In this document: positions 53,589 to 64,000 of the stretch, in pieces
Position numbering within the stretch: the first letter of the stretch is position 1
Layout: every line of letters starts with the position of its first letter
The notes under the pieces: generated by a model
Database searches by the model: none
Told to the model about the DNA's origin: nothing
What the model saw: only the letters and a program-made list of their open reading frames with translations
Assembly: GCA_000002445.1 (NCBI GenBank)
Contig: CM000207.1
Coordinates: 1,184,001-1,248,000, forward strand
Direction: 5' to 3'
DNA: 64,000 nt
Source: Trypanosoma brucei
Taxonomy: Eukaryota
Position numbers and translations under genes: made by a program

Positions 53589-55361
53589 GTGACACTGTCA
53601 AGGAATTGCACAGTGTACACGTGGACATCGCTGTATTCTCCCGATAGCGATCACCATCACATATTTTTCGACGTTATCGTTGGAGACGACACAGATGCAC
53701 TGAGTTGCCCGCGGCTTCGAAAGCCCATGTACGCATGGCTAAGAGCTGACTGGAGGAATTTCCGTCTCAAGGTTGACGAGCTCTGCAGGAAAATTGGTAG
53801 AGAGAAGAACCTCAACAGCCTGGAACAGAAATTGAGCTCCGCCATCCGCATTGCGATGAAGGTCTCCGTCCCCCGTGGCTGCAGAGCAACGCCACCACAT
53901 TGGACACCTACACTCCCGAAACTCGATGAAGAGATCGCTGGATGCGGGCCCTCCCACCGAAGGGAAAAGTTGGTAGCCACCCGTAAGCAGATTCTGGACC
54001 GTACCACAAAGAAGAGATGGAGCACGCTATGCTCCAGACTTGCGGTGTCAGACCGCTGTAGTTGGCACATTGTCAAGAAGGTATATGCGCCACGACCACT
54101 AACCACAGCGGCGGTGCTGGTTGATAAGGCGGCCATCACGGACTACCGTCAAGCTGAGAGGTTCAGTAAACTGTACTCGTCCCGCGCAAGAAGGCACCCC
54201 GACTCACACCCACCGGCACCCATAAAGACGATAGCGAGTGAGTTTAGTCCCATCACGATGGCTGAACTACGGAGATCGATCAAACTGCTACCGAGTGGAT
54301 CCGCAGCCGGACCTGATTGCTTATACAACGAGGCACTGCAACATCTCGGCAGAACAGCGCTGAATGTTGTTCTGAGGCTATTCAATGAGAGGCTACGAAC
54401 GGGAGTCGTGCCGCCTGCATGGAAGACTGGTGTTATCATCCCCATCCTGAAGGCCGGAAAAAAGGCGGAGGACCTCGATTCTTACAGGCCTGTGACGCTC
54501 ACGAGCTGTCTCTGCAAAGTCATGGAGCGCATAATTGCCGCGAGGCTTAGAGACACTGTTGAGTCCCAGCTGACACCGCAGCAATCAGGCTTTCGCCCCG
54601 GATGCTCAACGCTCGAACAACTGCTGCACGTCCGCGCTGCCCTCTGCCGCCCCACGCACCAATATCGTACGGGTGCTGTATTCGTCGACTACGAGAAGGC
54701 ATTCGATACAGTAGACCACGACAAAATTGCGAGGGAAATGCACAGAATGAAGGTATCACCCCACATTGTGAAGTGGTGCGTATCATTTCTGAGTAACCGA
54801 ACTGGCAGAGTGAGATTCAAGGAGAAGCTTTTCAGCAGCAGAACATTTGAGCGAGGAATGCCACAAGGAACTGTCCTTGGCCCAATCATGTTCATTATTG
54901 TCATGAACTCATTGAGCCAACGCCTTGCAGAAGTGCCGTTACTGCAGCACGGATTCTTTGCAGACGACCTGACGCTACATGCGAGGCACACAGAGAGGGA
55001 TGTCATCAACCACACACTACAATGCGGCCTCAACGTGGTGTTACAGTGGTCAAAAGAGTACTTCATGTTTATCAATTGTAGCGAAAACGAAGTGCACACT
55101 CTTCGGGTGTATAGAGCGCCACCCCCTTACATTGCAACTGGATGGCGAAAGAATAGGAGCTGGCAGGACACCGAAGCTTCTAGGAGTAACATTCCAGTGT
55201 CTGCAGGGGATGGCAACACATGCGGCCGAAACGAGACGCAAGATGGACTTCAGACTACTGCAGATAGCAGCCATCTCAGCTTCTACATGGGGGCCAAGAC
55301 GACAAGTGCTGAGAGCTTTTTATCTAGCACTCGTACAGGCACACACCATGTATGGCATTGA
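53589..55361 (+). pseudogene. ingi reverse-transcriptase segment. It shares a frame with the endonuclease and ends by frameshift around 55070-55090.
   Basis: RT motifs are present ('PDCLYNEALQHLG', 'RPVTLTSCLCKVMERII', 'QSGFRPGCST', 'VFVDYEKAFDTVDH', 'FADDLTLH'). The protein continues in the +1 frame as ORF 54979..55920. Confidence 0.8.
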
Positions 55362-55920
55362 GGTATGGTACTGGGACGCTTCGGAACGAAGTCGCGACCT
55401 CCTTGCATCAGCACAACACAAAGCCAGTCGCATCATAGCCGGCATACCGCATGGGACGCGCAAAGAGGACTCTCTGCTGGAAGCAAACCTCCTGCCACTC
55501 AGGACGACCACTCTTGTGCGCAGCATGAAATTCATGCTGATGTGTGAGTCACGAGGCGGATGTTTGTGCCGCAGTGCTGAGGAAGTATACCACAGCAAAC
55601 ACCCAGTCAGAGCCCTACATTCCCGCATCATGCGGTCCTATCCCCACCTCCGCATTGAGCCACGCGAGCACCCACTAGAGACATCGACGCTCCGCCACAG
55701 CTGCCGACCGCTATTTCACACGCAGATAAAGCCTGTGTGCGCCGATGACCCTGACGATGTCAAAAGGGAGGCTTCCGAAAAGTGGATTGCACGGCATTTT
55801 GCACGGGGGGGAGGAAGGAGCCACCGCGGCGAGAGCACTACGAATTGTGGACTGATGGATCCGTGTCCCTCGGTGAGAAGTCCGGAGCAGCTGCCCTGCT
55901 CTATAGAAACAACACGCTGA
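54979..55920 (+). pseudogene. ingi RT C-terminal/'thumb' segment in a shifted frame. A second frameshift in a G-run (gcacgggggggaggaagg, ~55800-55816) returns to the original frame.
   Basis: The frame-1 ORF overlaps both neighbours. The continuity of the conserved protein is only recovered by two frameshifts. Confidence 0.7.
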
Positions 55921-57509
55921 TTTGCGCACCCAAAACTGGAGCAGGGGAACTTTCATGCAGTTACAGAGCGGAATGCGTAGTATTAGAGATAGGACTGCAA
56001 CGGCTGCTGAAATGGCTTCCGGCATACAGAAGCACACTGAGCAGGTTGTCCATCTTCTCTGACTCTCTGTCAATGTTAACAGCACTGCAGACAGGCCCCC
56101 TAGCCGTAACGGACCCAATTCTAAGACGACTATGGAGGCTTCTGCTTCAAGTTCAGAGAAGGAAGATGCGTATCCGACTGCAATTTGTGTTCGGCCATTG
56201 TGGTGTGAAACGGAATGAGGTTTGCGATGACATGGCGAAAAAGGCCGCAGATTTACCACAGTTGCGAGACACATGGATCCCCGACATCATTGCTTATGCG
56301 AAGCGAGTGCTTAGGTCGGAAGAAGTCCATGAGAACACTCATAGGTTTGGTATCACGGGCAACCACTTTCCAACAAAACATAAAGAAGAACTGACGAGGG
56401 AAGAAGAAACGGCACTGGCACGCTTTCGGGTTGGGTCTTCAAGACACTATGGATGGATGTTGCGAAAGATCAACCCGAGTGTGCCTCCACAGTGCCGATG
56501 GTGTAACCCGCAACATGCAGCGATAGGGCCAACAATACAAACAACCACACCTGTTGCGACACGCACTCTTCAGAGAACCTCCGAACCGACCAAATGTACG
56601 GAATGTGATGCCACATACCAATGCCGCTCGAGTGCTGTAACGCATATGGTAAACAAACATGGCTTTGTGCGAGCTGATGCCCTCCGGAGGATCAAATACG
56701 GCGATGCAACACCTGCAGTGGACATCCCCCCGGAGCCCCCTCCAGTGGTGGCGATCGTTCCTCTACCATCGAGCACACGAGTCCCGATGAGACCGCAGGT
56801 GCTTTATTGTACCCTCTGTGCCTCCAAATTCGCAGTGCCAGGCCGACTATTACACCACCTTAGAACAATACATGGCATAGGCAGCGGTAGTTGCCGCGTG
56901 AAAAGGGGGCGAGAAAACGAGGACTCAGTGCAAGGAGATGGTAGCGCTCCAGCAGCGCCAGCCCCTCAGGATACAAAGAAGCTGCCGTTTCAATGTGACC
57001 TGTGCGAGGCGAGCTTCGATACACGCTATTCCCTGTCACTACACAAGAAATTCAAACATAAGAGCATAGTGACGGAGGACGGTACCGTGGTGGTAGTGCA
57101 ATTCCCTCGTAACCGTGCCCGTGAGGGAAACGTTGACGTCCCGGGGAAGGGCGAGGTGCAGTGTGGTGTGTGCCAAAAAGTGCTCAGTTGCAGGGACTCC
57201 CTCATCCGACACTGTAAGGCTTTCCACAAAGGTGAGGGAGTCGAGCTTAAATGCAGCAAAAGCACAAAATTGTGTGCCACTGATTCCCCGCATACAAACA
57301 CATCCATGTTGGTGTGCCCGACATGCGGAAGGCAGTGTGCTAGCAAAACTGGCCTCACCCTACATCAAAAGAAGATGCACGGTATGAAGTTAGAGCGCGC
57401 TGTTACCAGCCAACGCGGCGACTGCGAAGAAACGTCGCTGCACTTGATGAGCTGCCCCGGTTTGAAGGAGTTACATGTCAGGTTTGCGGTAGAAGGTGTG
57501 TCTGTGTAG
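55782..57509 (+). pseudogene. ingi RNase H plus C2H2 zinc-finger (nucleic-acid chaperone) C-terminal segment
   Basis: There is an RNase H motif, followed by five C2H2 fingers (CTECDATYQCRSSAVTHMVNKHG; YCTLCASKFAVPGRLLHHLRTIHG; FQCDLCEASFDTRYSLSLHKKFKHKS; CGVCQKVLSCRDSLIRHCKAFHKG; CPTCGRQCASKTGLTLHQKKMHG). Confidence 0.8.
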
Positions 57510-58866
57510 GATTTATGTTTTTCTAAAAGGCTGGCACAGTTTCTCACTGCGGTTGAACGGAGCCGGCCGAAGGTGAAGCCCTCACCTAAGGTAACAGACA
57601 TACAACCCACTCTCCCTTCTGCAACTTCCCCCTTATTGCCGAGTGTGGAGCTAGCAGGAAAAGCACCGGACGCAGGAATAGTCCAGACACCCTCAGAGAC
57701 AGAGGGGGTATGCAGTCAACAAGCAACAAAAACAGAAAGAAAGGAAGAGAATAATAAACGAATAACAAAAATCAAAACAAAAGGATTGCTAATTGACATC
57801 TTTTGGAGAGTCTGGGGTGTGGGGCTTCTCGCCCCATCTGCTGTGTTCCGTTCAACTGCGGAGCTACAACAAAAATTATAGAGCGTGTGTTAGGCTGAAT
57901 AAAAAAGGGAGACTCTGCCACAGTCGCCAGACCGATAGCGTCTCAGGGCTCTACGGTGATGGCTGATGGCCGCGCCAGTGGGAGGAAACTTTCACGAAGG
58001 CACGAAGAAAATTCGAAAAAAAAAATTGGCGTTGCCGCAACGGCTGTGGGAACGCCCTCTCACCCGCGCTGGGCCCGTAGCTTCAAACGAGGGCGAAACC
58101 TGAAAGTGATGGTGGCGTTTTTAAGGTGCAGGGTCGCGGTCAGCAGCGCATGGAAGTACTGGCGCACCTCGGTTGGGCACACAAGTGCTGATAAATGAGC
58201 AGCGCACAGTTTTTACAAGACAGCAGACGTGGCTAGCACGCCACGTATGAGCGGAGGATCAAAGTTACTTCCTAACGAGTGTGGGCACAGATGCGATCCG
58301 TACAGGCGAGGGAGCGTGAGGGACAAACATGAGAAACATGTATTCAGGGACTGTTGGTAATGAAGCGGGAGGGCCCGGAAACAGTGGACAATCACACGGC
58401 TTATCAAAACCAGATGAGCGGGAGTGTGGTAATGATAACCGGAATGTCGGCCACCATCAATGAAGATGCGGGGTCGCCGGTGAATGAGTCATCTGACACC
58501 GTTTCCGCAACAAACAGGCGGTGTCCTGTGAAGGAAAGTTATCGGTGGCAACAAAGGGCGGTGCGCAAGCCGTAGCGGGTGCATGTTGTTGCGGAGTGAA
58601 CACGAAAGGAAGGGTTGCAAAAATGGAAAGTCGCGTTGAACAACACCGCACATCCTTTGGGAACCCGCGTACACGAAAATCATCTTCGATAAGGTAGGGC
58701 CCGTTGCGCATGGTTAGCAATGCCTCGAGGTCGTGAAACCGAACGCTTCTCTTCACCAAACCCAAACAACATTTAAGTAAACACTATCATCTGTATTTTA
58801 AGGAATCCTGTATACCTTGGTCCAGTGGTTAAGTAGAGTACTCGTCGCAGATAATACCGGCATGGA

Positions 58867-59235
58867 TCCCCGCTGGCGTAAAGTATTTAGCTTACACTAA
58901 GGATGGATCTGCCTCAACATGGCGCCAGGATCCAGTAACAGAAGAGAAATCAACTGGGAAACCAAATGTTCCATCCAAACGGCGGCCGCAACACCGGATA
59001 TGGTGCGACCACTCCGTGGGGAGAGAACCATTACTTAGTGTTCCACGGTCCAGTACCCTGCTCAGGTGGGGGAACCAAAATCCCTGATACAACTTCCGTC
59101 CGGGGAGGCGGATGGATATGGTAAACATGGTTCAGACGCAATGTGGGAGGGGTCGAATGGGCGTCAAATGGAGACCACCCTTCTAGATACGCGCACATAT
59201 GCGGTCACCCAGCCGTGGGTATCAATTCTCCAAAA
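58867..59235 (+). mobile_element. Short (~370 bp) A-tailed retroposon fragment with a Pr77-like 5' region (RIME/SIDER-like, truncated or rearranged), in the same orientation as the ingi copy.
   Basis: 'ccccgctggcg...ctcaacatggcgccaggatccagtaac' and again '...cacggtccagtaccctgctcaggtgggggaacc' mimic the first ~70 nt of the ingi 5' end (ctcaacgtggtgccagggtccagtaccccgtatcatcggggggagcc). It ends in a 12-A run at 59223-59234. Its 3' half does not resemble the ingi 3' end seen at 57510-58022. Confidence 0.5.
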
Positions 59236-60397
59236 AAAAAAACAGGGGGTTTTATTGGGTAGCAATGTCTGTATCCACCGTTGAGCCCCACACTACCATG
59301 TCCTCACGGCGTGGTGTGCGTAAATGAATTTCCTTCTTATTCTCTGGTGGACCGACTGCATGGCCCTGACAGTTGCGGGAGGAAAAAAGTCCTGTATAAG
59401 AGTAACCAAAAAACGAATCGACCCTCCAGTCTACGTCAGAGAATCGTCCTTACAAGTCAACTGAGGAACCTTTTTCCGTACCCTTAAAACATGCCTGCGA
59501 TAAACCCCTCACCGTCCACCACGCAGCACGTACACATTTGTTACCTGAGGTTGCGGTTGCTGAGCAGTTGTCTGGTGTGTGTTTTGATGCTGTTGTTGCG
59601 GCAACGTTTCATGTGCCAAAGAAAATTATGAAATATATCCAATAAGTGTTTCTGCAACGAATAAGTAAGGTTATGTGAAACTAAAACACATAAAAGGATC
59701 ACTGCTTTCCATAGTTCCTGCATGAGCAGAGAATTGTTGGCACATAACATCTACTAACACTAGCCATACTGACAGCAACTTATTCCTCCTGCCCTCCGCC
59801 CTTGCACACACACCTCACAGTAACCAGTAACACCTCACAACTATTTTAAACATTCGGCTTATTGTCTCAACAAAAGTCAGAGGGTTAGTGACTTTCCTCT
59901 GTCACAAGCGGGGTTATTGCGACGGTAAGTTATTCCATTTTATCCACACATATATCAAATACAAAAAGTAATAATTAAGTGATGTCGCGTAACTGTTTTA
60001 GTCATAATTCAATGTGGAGTGTTGCGACCTTCAATTTCTTTCGAAGTGCGAGTTGGAGGCCATAAGCTTCTTCTCCTTGTTGGTAGTTATGTGGGACATG
60101 TTAGTTGGACTCGGTCACCATAAGTTCTGTCGTCTAACAGATAACAACAACATTATTTCTAAAAATTGTTATATACATTCAAAGAGTGAAATAGAGTGCA
60201 TTTGGATAGAATAAATTAAGTCTCAAAGCAACAAAAAGATACTGTTGAATTTACTGCAAACACATTACACAAACACTTTCAATGAACAAACACATTATAC
60301 CATTAACACAATTAAATTCCAAATACTATAACACATGTATTCTGTTCCAAAAAGTTACAATAAGTATTATGGTAATCACATCATAAGGTTATCACGA

Positions 60398-61366
60398 TTA
60401 AAGAAAAAAGGAAAAAAATGAAATCACAAGTGCAAATAATTTTTCCACCATATCTACATTTCGGTTATAAGCATAAGCACCATCAAAGGGTTTCCTCCTC
60501 ATGTAAGATAACATTGGTAGCAACATTGTATCATCAAGAAGGCATTGCTCCCTCTGTGCTGCAGTAAGATTGAGCCATGAGTTTTCAAGATACATTTTGT
60601 CAAGTTCCGCCTTTACACTGGGAGTGCTGTAACATGTTTCGGCAGAGCAAACGGTGCAACTGCGTTTCTTCATTCCTTCCTCAAACATTTGCGTCATCGA
60701 ATTAAGATGTCTTTTCAGGTTGTAAAGAGAAGCATTTTTCATCCGCAGGATTTCTGTTGTGGAATTAATAATATGTTGGGTAATGCTGTCGTTGCACTGT
60801 TGCTTTGACTTGTCAATTTTTTTAATTTTCTCTTTGTTTGATGTTTGAAGGGTCGCAACTGTTTCAGTTGAATATGTTGCTTTTTTGCTGTTCTCGCTGC
60901 ATATTACTTCTTCTGCCTTTTTAATTATTATTTTTTTTGCTTGTATTTTTTCTTTCCATCGCTGGAGTTCAGCCTTCAAGTTCTTGACCTGTTGTTCATA
61001 GGGTTTTGTTTTTGTGATTACCGGTTTGTTGCACAAACCTCTCCCTTCCACTTCGTCTTGCAACAATTTGTGTTTTTGAACTAATTCGTCAAGGGTTTTC
61101 TCGTTACTGCACTTCCAAAGCTTAGGAACGTTGGAATAATCAATCAAATCACAGAAGACCCAGTTCTTCTCATGGCTGTACGATCCTCGAACTGTCAAAG
61201 AAAGCCTTATCATATGATCCGTGTAATCCTCCTCCATCCATTTTGTATAATCGCAAGAATCAGCGCTTGCCCATTCACTTAAGCGAGACATCAGTAGCAA
61301 AACTCCAAATAGCATTCGCATTTTCCTAACGTCCCTGCGGAAGATAACATGAAACAGAACATTCAT
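60398..61366 (-). CDS. Secreted or surface coiled-coil protein, paralogue A (322 aa; a likely signal peptide begins at the Met encoded at 61319-61321). It has a hydrophobic C-terminus, possibly a GPI-addition signal.
   Basis: ATG at 61364-61366 and an in-frame ATG at 61319-61321 (MRMLFGVLLLMSRLSEWASA). There are Cys-containing N-terminal motifs (DSCDY...WVFCD...KLWKCSNE), a long heptad-rich K/E/Q region and a C-terminal 'CTVCSAETCYSTPSVKAELDKMYLENSW' motif. The tail 'VEKLFALVISFFSFFL' is hydrophobic. Confidence 0.55.
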   Translation of the reverse strand: MNVLFHVIFRRDVRKMRMLFGVLLLMSRLSEWASADSCDYTKWMEEDYTDHMIRLSLTVRGSYSHEKNWVFCDLIDYSNVPKLWKCSNEKTLDELVQKHKLLQDEVEGRGLCNKPVITKTKPYEQQVKNLKAELQRWKEKIQAKKIIIKKAEEVICSENSKKATYSTETVATLQTSNKEKIKKIDKSKQQCNDSITQHIINSTTEILRMKNASLYNLKRHLNSMTQMFEEGMKKRSCTVCSAETCYSTPSVKAELDKMYLENSWLNLTAAQREQCLLDDTMLLPMLSYMRRKPFDGAYAYNRNVDMVEKLFALVISFFSFFL

Positions 61367-61595
61367 TTATTTTGCCCAAAACACACCTGCATAAGAGGGG
61401 CAATATTTTCATCTAAAGGACAAAACCAACTGTACCGATTCGCAAAATGATAATACCATGATAATTAACTAACATGTATGATATCCATAAAAATTCCATT
61501 ATTATTTCACATGATGGAAAGAAACATCTGCTTAAACTAACAGATTAATAAGTAAGAAAAGATACAAACATAGCATATTTTATTTCCATAGCTGT

Positions 61596-62453
61596 TTACA
61601 TGTTTTCATTATATTTTGAATTATTCCCTTCAGTATCCTCATGTGGCGCCCCGCATTTAACACCTGATTTTGTCCATCCATCTTTTCCATATAATTTATC
61701 CAAATTTTCCTTTATGTGCACATCATCCCAACAAGTCCCAGCGTCACATGCGGGACAATTATTATTTCCAAGTTTTTCCAGCTGTTGTTCCTTCAGTTCT
61801 ATTGCTTTCTTCACACTTTCGATTTCTTTGTCCATTCTTTCTAGTTCAAGGTCGTATTCCACTTGCTTTTGTAGCTTTTTTTTTTTGCACTCTGTTGCCT
61901 CTTTTTCCGAAAGTGTGTCCAGCCGTGCACTTTCGTTCGTGAGGTCCCGTATCTTACCATCCTCTTGTGACATCGTTTTCATTTCCTTTTGGCACTTCTT
62001 CTTTTCTTGAACCTCCCGTGTACTCCCTTCTTGAAGTCTCGCATGCTCCTCCTTCGCCTCCTCAATTTGCTGCTGCAGTTGCGCCACCTGCTCTTTAAGA
62101 AGCCTCACTGAACTATCTACCTTCGCTTTGCAAACAGTTACGTCACCCACTTCACCGCTCCAGTTGAATTTGCTGGTTATGAGGCTTGTCGGATTATTGT
62201 TACTTGAAGTACCACAAAACCACAACAATTCACTTCCACCTTCCCTCCTTCCGCTGTTGTTGCATAACATCCACTTGTAATTTCCGTTCGCAAATTCATC
62301 AGCGTTTACTATCACGGCATGAATATCCTCCTCTCTTCCGTCTACTTCATACCTTCTCAAGGTGCAACCTTCTGCCTTCCCTTCCCCCCTCCCACTAAAA
62401 AGCAATAGCGTCATCCCCGCCCACAAGAACATAGCTTTCCCACGCCCTTTCAT
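61596..62453 (-). CDS. Secreted coiled-coil protein, paralogue B (285 aa from the ATG), with the same architecture as paralogue A but no hydrophobic C-terminus
   Basis: Track M1 is a GTG and the first ATG is codon 6 (62451-62453; MKGRGKAMFLWAGMTLLLFSGRG signal-peptide-like). It has 'EGCTL...WMLCNN...LLWFCGTS', a coiled-coil segment (LLKEQVAQLQQQIEEAKEEHARLQEG...), and 'CPACDAGTCWDDVHIKENLDKLYGKDGW' matching paralogue A's CxxCxxxTC(W/Y)...ELDK(M/L)Y..(N/D)(S/G)W motif. Confidence 0.55.
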   Translation of the reverse strand: MKGRGKAMFLWAGMTLLLFSGRGEGKAEGCTLRRYEVDGREEDIHAVIVNADEFANGNYKWMLCNNSGRREGGSELLWFCGTSSNNNPTSLITSKFNWSGEVGDVTVCKAKVDSSVRLLKEQVAQLQQQIEEAKEEHARLQEGSTREVQEKKKCQKEMKTMSQEDGKIRDLTNESARLDTLSEKEATECKKKKLQKQVEYDLELERMDKEIESVKKAIELKEQQLEKLGNNNCPACDAGTCWDDVHIKENLDKLYGKDGWTKSGVKCGAPHEDTEGNNSKYNENM

Positions 62454-64000
62454 ATTGTAACTTTGCACTATATGCCTTTCAAAAACCTTGTTGTCCTTGT
62501 TAACAAATGCGTATATAAATCAAATGAAATAATGGCAACAGCGAGTGTTAATTATAGTGACGGCAGCTTCTTTTCTTACTCTGAAGTAGCACTGAATTTA
62601 TTTCTCCATTGACACACGGCACAATGGCAGGACACAAATAAAGCTGAAAGTAAAATTTAACAAAAATAATATGTGATCCAAATACCAAACGGGTGTGGCA
62701 CCATGCATATCCAAGTGCAAACCTTTCACAGAAGATATACACGAAATAAATGAACACACATTTTCTGATCATCACACGCATATGCATATCCTACATTAAT
62801 TTCAGTTAACAGTTTTTCTCCTTAGCGATCCCTACTTCATCCCCGCATGTCTCACATTTATGTTCCTCATAACCTACAACACATATCAGATGCGCTGCCA
62901 CTTCCATCCTACCACCACAAACTCACATCAAATCCCCTCCTTTTTCCCCTCCCTCTGCATAAAGTTGCAATTCAACAAATGCAGCAGCATCACAATTCTG
63001 GAGATTCCGGTAATGCGATCACCCTGAAGAACAATTAATATTAACGGGCTGCATCTCTCACTACAATTCCACATAACGACACACCCCATGAAATATGAGA
63101 ACTTTTGGTGACATTATATCGTTTGGCATTTCCTACCAACATTCAAAAGGATTTGCCACACATCACAATTAGTTGCTGTATATCGTAAAACACCGTGAAA
63201 TAGTGTAGCAGTACGAGAAAAGGGGAGTCTAGTCCCTCTCCCGTAACTTCATCATTTCAATAAATGCTAACAGTATTCACGACCCAATACAAAAGACAAG
63301 GAACAACAACATATGGGAGATTTTACAGAATCCCACTTCTCTGCATCACAGCATCACCCTCGATGGCTCCTACACCTCGAGTTGAAGTAGACATGATAAT
63401 TCATACAGGGGTCGAACGGAAAGATAACATATATATATGTATATACATAACATATGATACGTAATACGTAATACATATTCCAGCACTTTTGTTGCTATCC
63501 ACAGAGATTTGACATGTTGGGAAACAAAATATACAGAATCAACATTACTCCAATTGCATCAGCCTCACAACACATTCGAGCGAGGGAATTGTGTAGAACT
63601 CAAGTACTGGAAATGTGAGATGCCATAAACATGTAACGATTAAACTTGAAAACAAATGCAATCTGGAAGTAAGTGTAACTAATGTATGGAATGACTGGAA
63701 TTGTTGGAAATACAGAATTTAATATAACTAAAAATAATACGTGTATTTTCATGCCACACGGAATAAAAAATGTGATAGAATACAACAACAGTAACCACAG
63801 TGGCTGAAATTCAAATAACACAGTTAAGTCACAGTTGCAGCATAAACACTTCTGGAAAGACTCCATAAAGGGTAAGAAAACTAATCATATTTCAAAGACT
63901 CAATTAGGCGTGGAAGAGAAACGGCAACTGGTACAAAATTAATGTAACTGCAGGAACATAGTGACACCAAGTGGCCATAAACTCAAGCGCCTGATGTGAA

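Larger units (their letters stand above)
52771..58022 (+). mobile_element. ingi/L1Tc-clade non-LTR (APE-type) retrotransposon, near full length (~5.25 kb) but inactivated. It is oriented antisense to the host polycistron. The 3' end is uncertain, either 57908 or the A-run at 58012-58021.
   Basis: The 5' end 'ccctggcg...gccaagagccagcagcgttcctttcatggggaac' resembles the Pr77 hallmark of ingi/RIME/L1Tc. One reading frame carries, in order, an AP-endonuclease (MQWNCAGLSQGKRLALHKTLVDERIAFCLLSETRM; ...SAYIPP...), reverse transcriptase (53589-55361; FADDLTL), an RNase H ('ELWTDGSVSLGEKSGAAALLY', 'FVFGHCGVKRNEVCDDMAKKA') and a C-terminal array of C2H2 zinc fingers (55782-57509). A length of 5252 bp to the 10-A run equals the known ingi size. 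Confidence 0.85.

Noticed and set aside
52759-58034. Target-site duplication flanking the ingi copy
   Set aside because: The 12 nt before 52771 (ttaagttgaaga) do not recur after either candidate 3' end (57908 or 58022). The TSD is either degraded or my 3' boundary is imprecise, so none is claimed.
1-64000. Prokaryote-style features such as CRISPR arrays, operons or sigma-70 promoters, as well as rRNA, 5S, SL-RNA and 7SL genes
   Set aside because: The sequence is eukaryotic and trypanosomatid. No direct-repeat/spacer arrays or rRNA-like conserved blocks were seen. Small ncRNAs (snoRNAs) cannot be excluded by eye and are raised only as a possibility in the findings.

Overview
This window reads as trypanosomatid nuclear DNA, most likely an African trypanosome of the Trypanosoma brucei group. 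The evidence is intron-less genes packed on one strand, purine-rich tracts on the + strand just upstream of minus-strand starts (= polypyrimidine tracts on the sense strand), many (TA)n/(CA)n/(GTT)n microsatellites, and an ingi/L1Tc-type non-LTR retrotransposon whose 2A-like peptide context 'SIIRTKML..DVEENP' matches my recollection of T. brucei ingi. Almost the whole window is one minus-strand polycistronic array of about 20 protein-coding genes. In order from high to low coordinates they are: a tandem pair of secreted coiled-coil paralogues, a tail-anchored protein, a Ser-rich protein, a small charged protein, a multi-pass TM protein, spermidine synthase, a DENN-like protein, a Siw14/PFA-DSP-type phosphatase, IFT139/TTC21B, a small Ala-rich protein, an ankyrin-DHHC (DHYC) palmitoyltransferase, an 1857-aa Cid1/GLD2-type nucleotidyltransferase, an LLP-like basic protein, an ARF-like GTPase, two tandem copies of ribosomal protein L11/uL5, a conserved unknown protein, adenylosuccinate lyase, a calpain-like pseudo-protease and a partial gene at the left edge. 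The only plus-strand coding material is a near full-length but inactivated ingi-like retroelement of about 5.25 kb. It is followed about 0.85 kb downstream by a short Pr77-bearing, A-tailed retroposon fragment. The RPL11 locus is a 1379-bp-period tandem duplication whose second copy carries a truncated 5' piece of the neighbouring gene, with a perfect 12-bp palindrome at the junction. The supplied ORF track prints GTG/TTG starts as 'M', so several gene starts were moved to the first in-frame ATG. No rRNA, tRNA or CRISPR arrays were found; CRISPR is not expected in a eukaryote.
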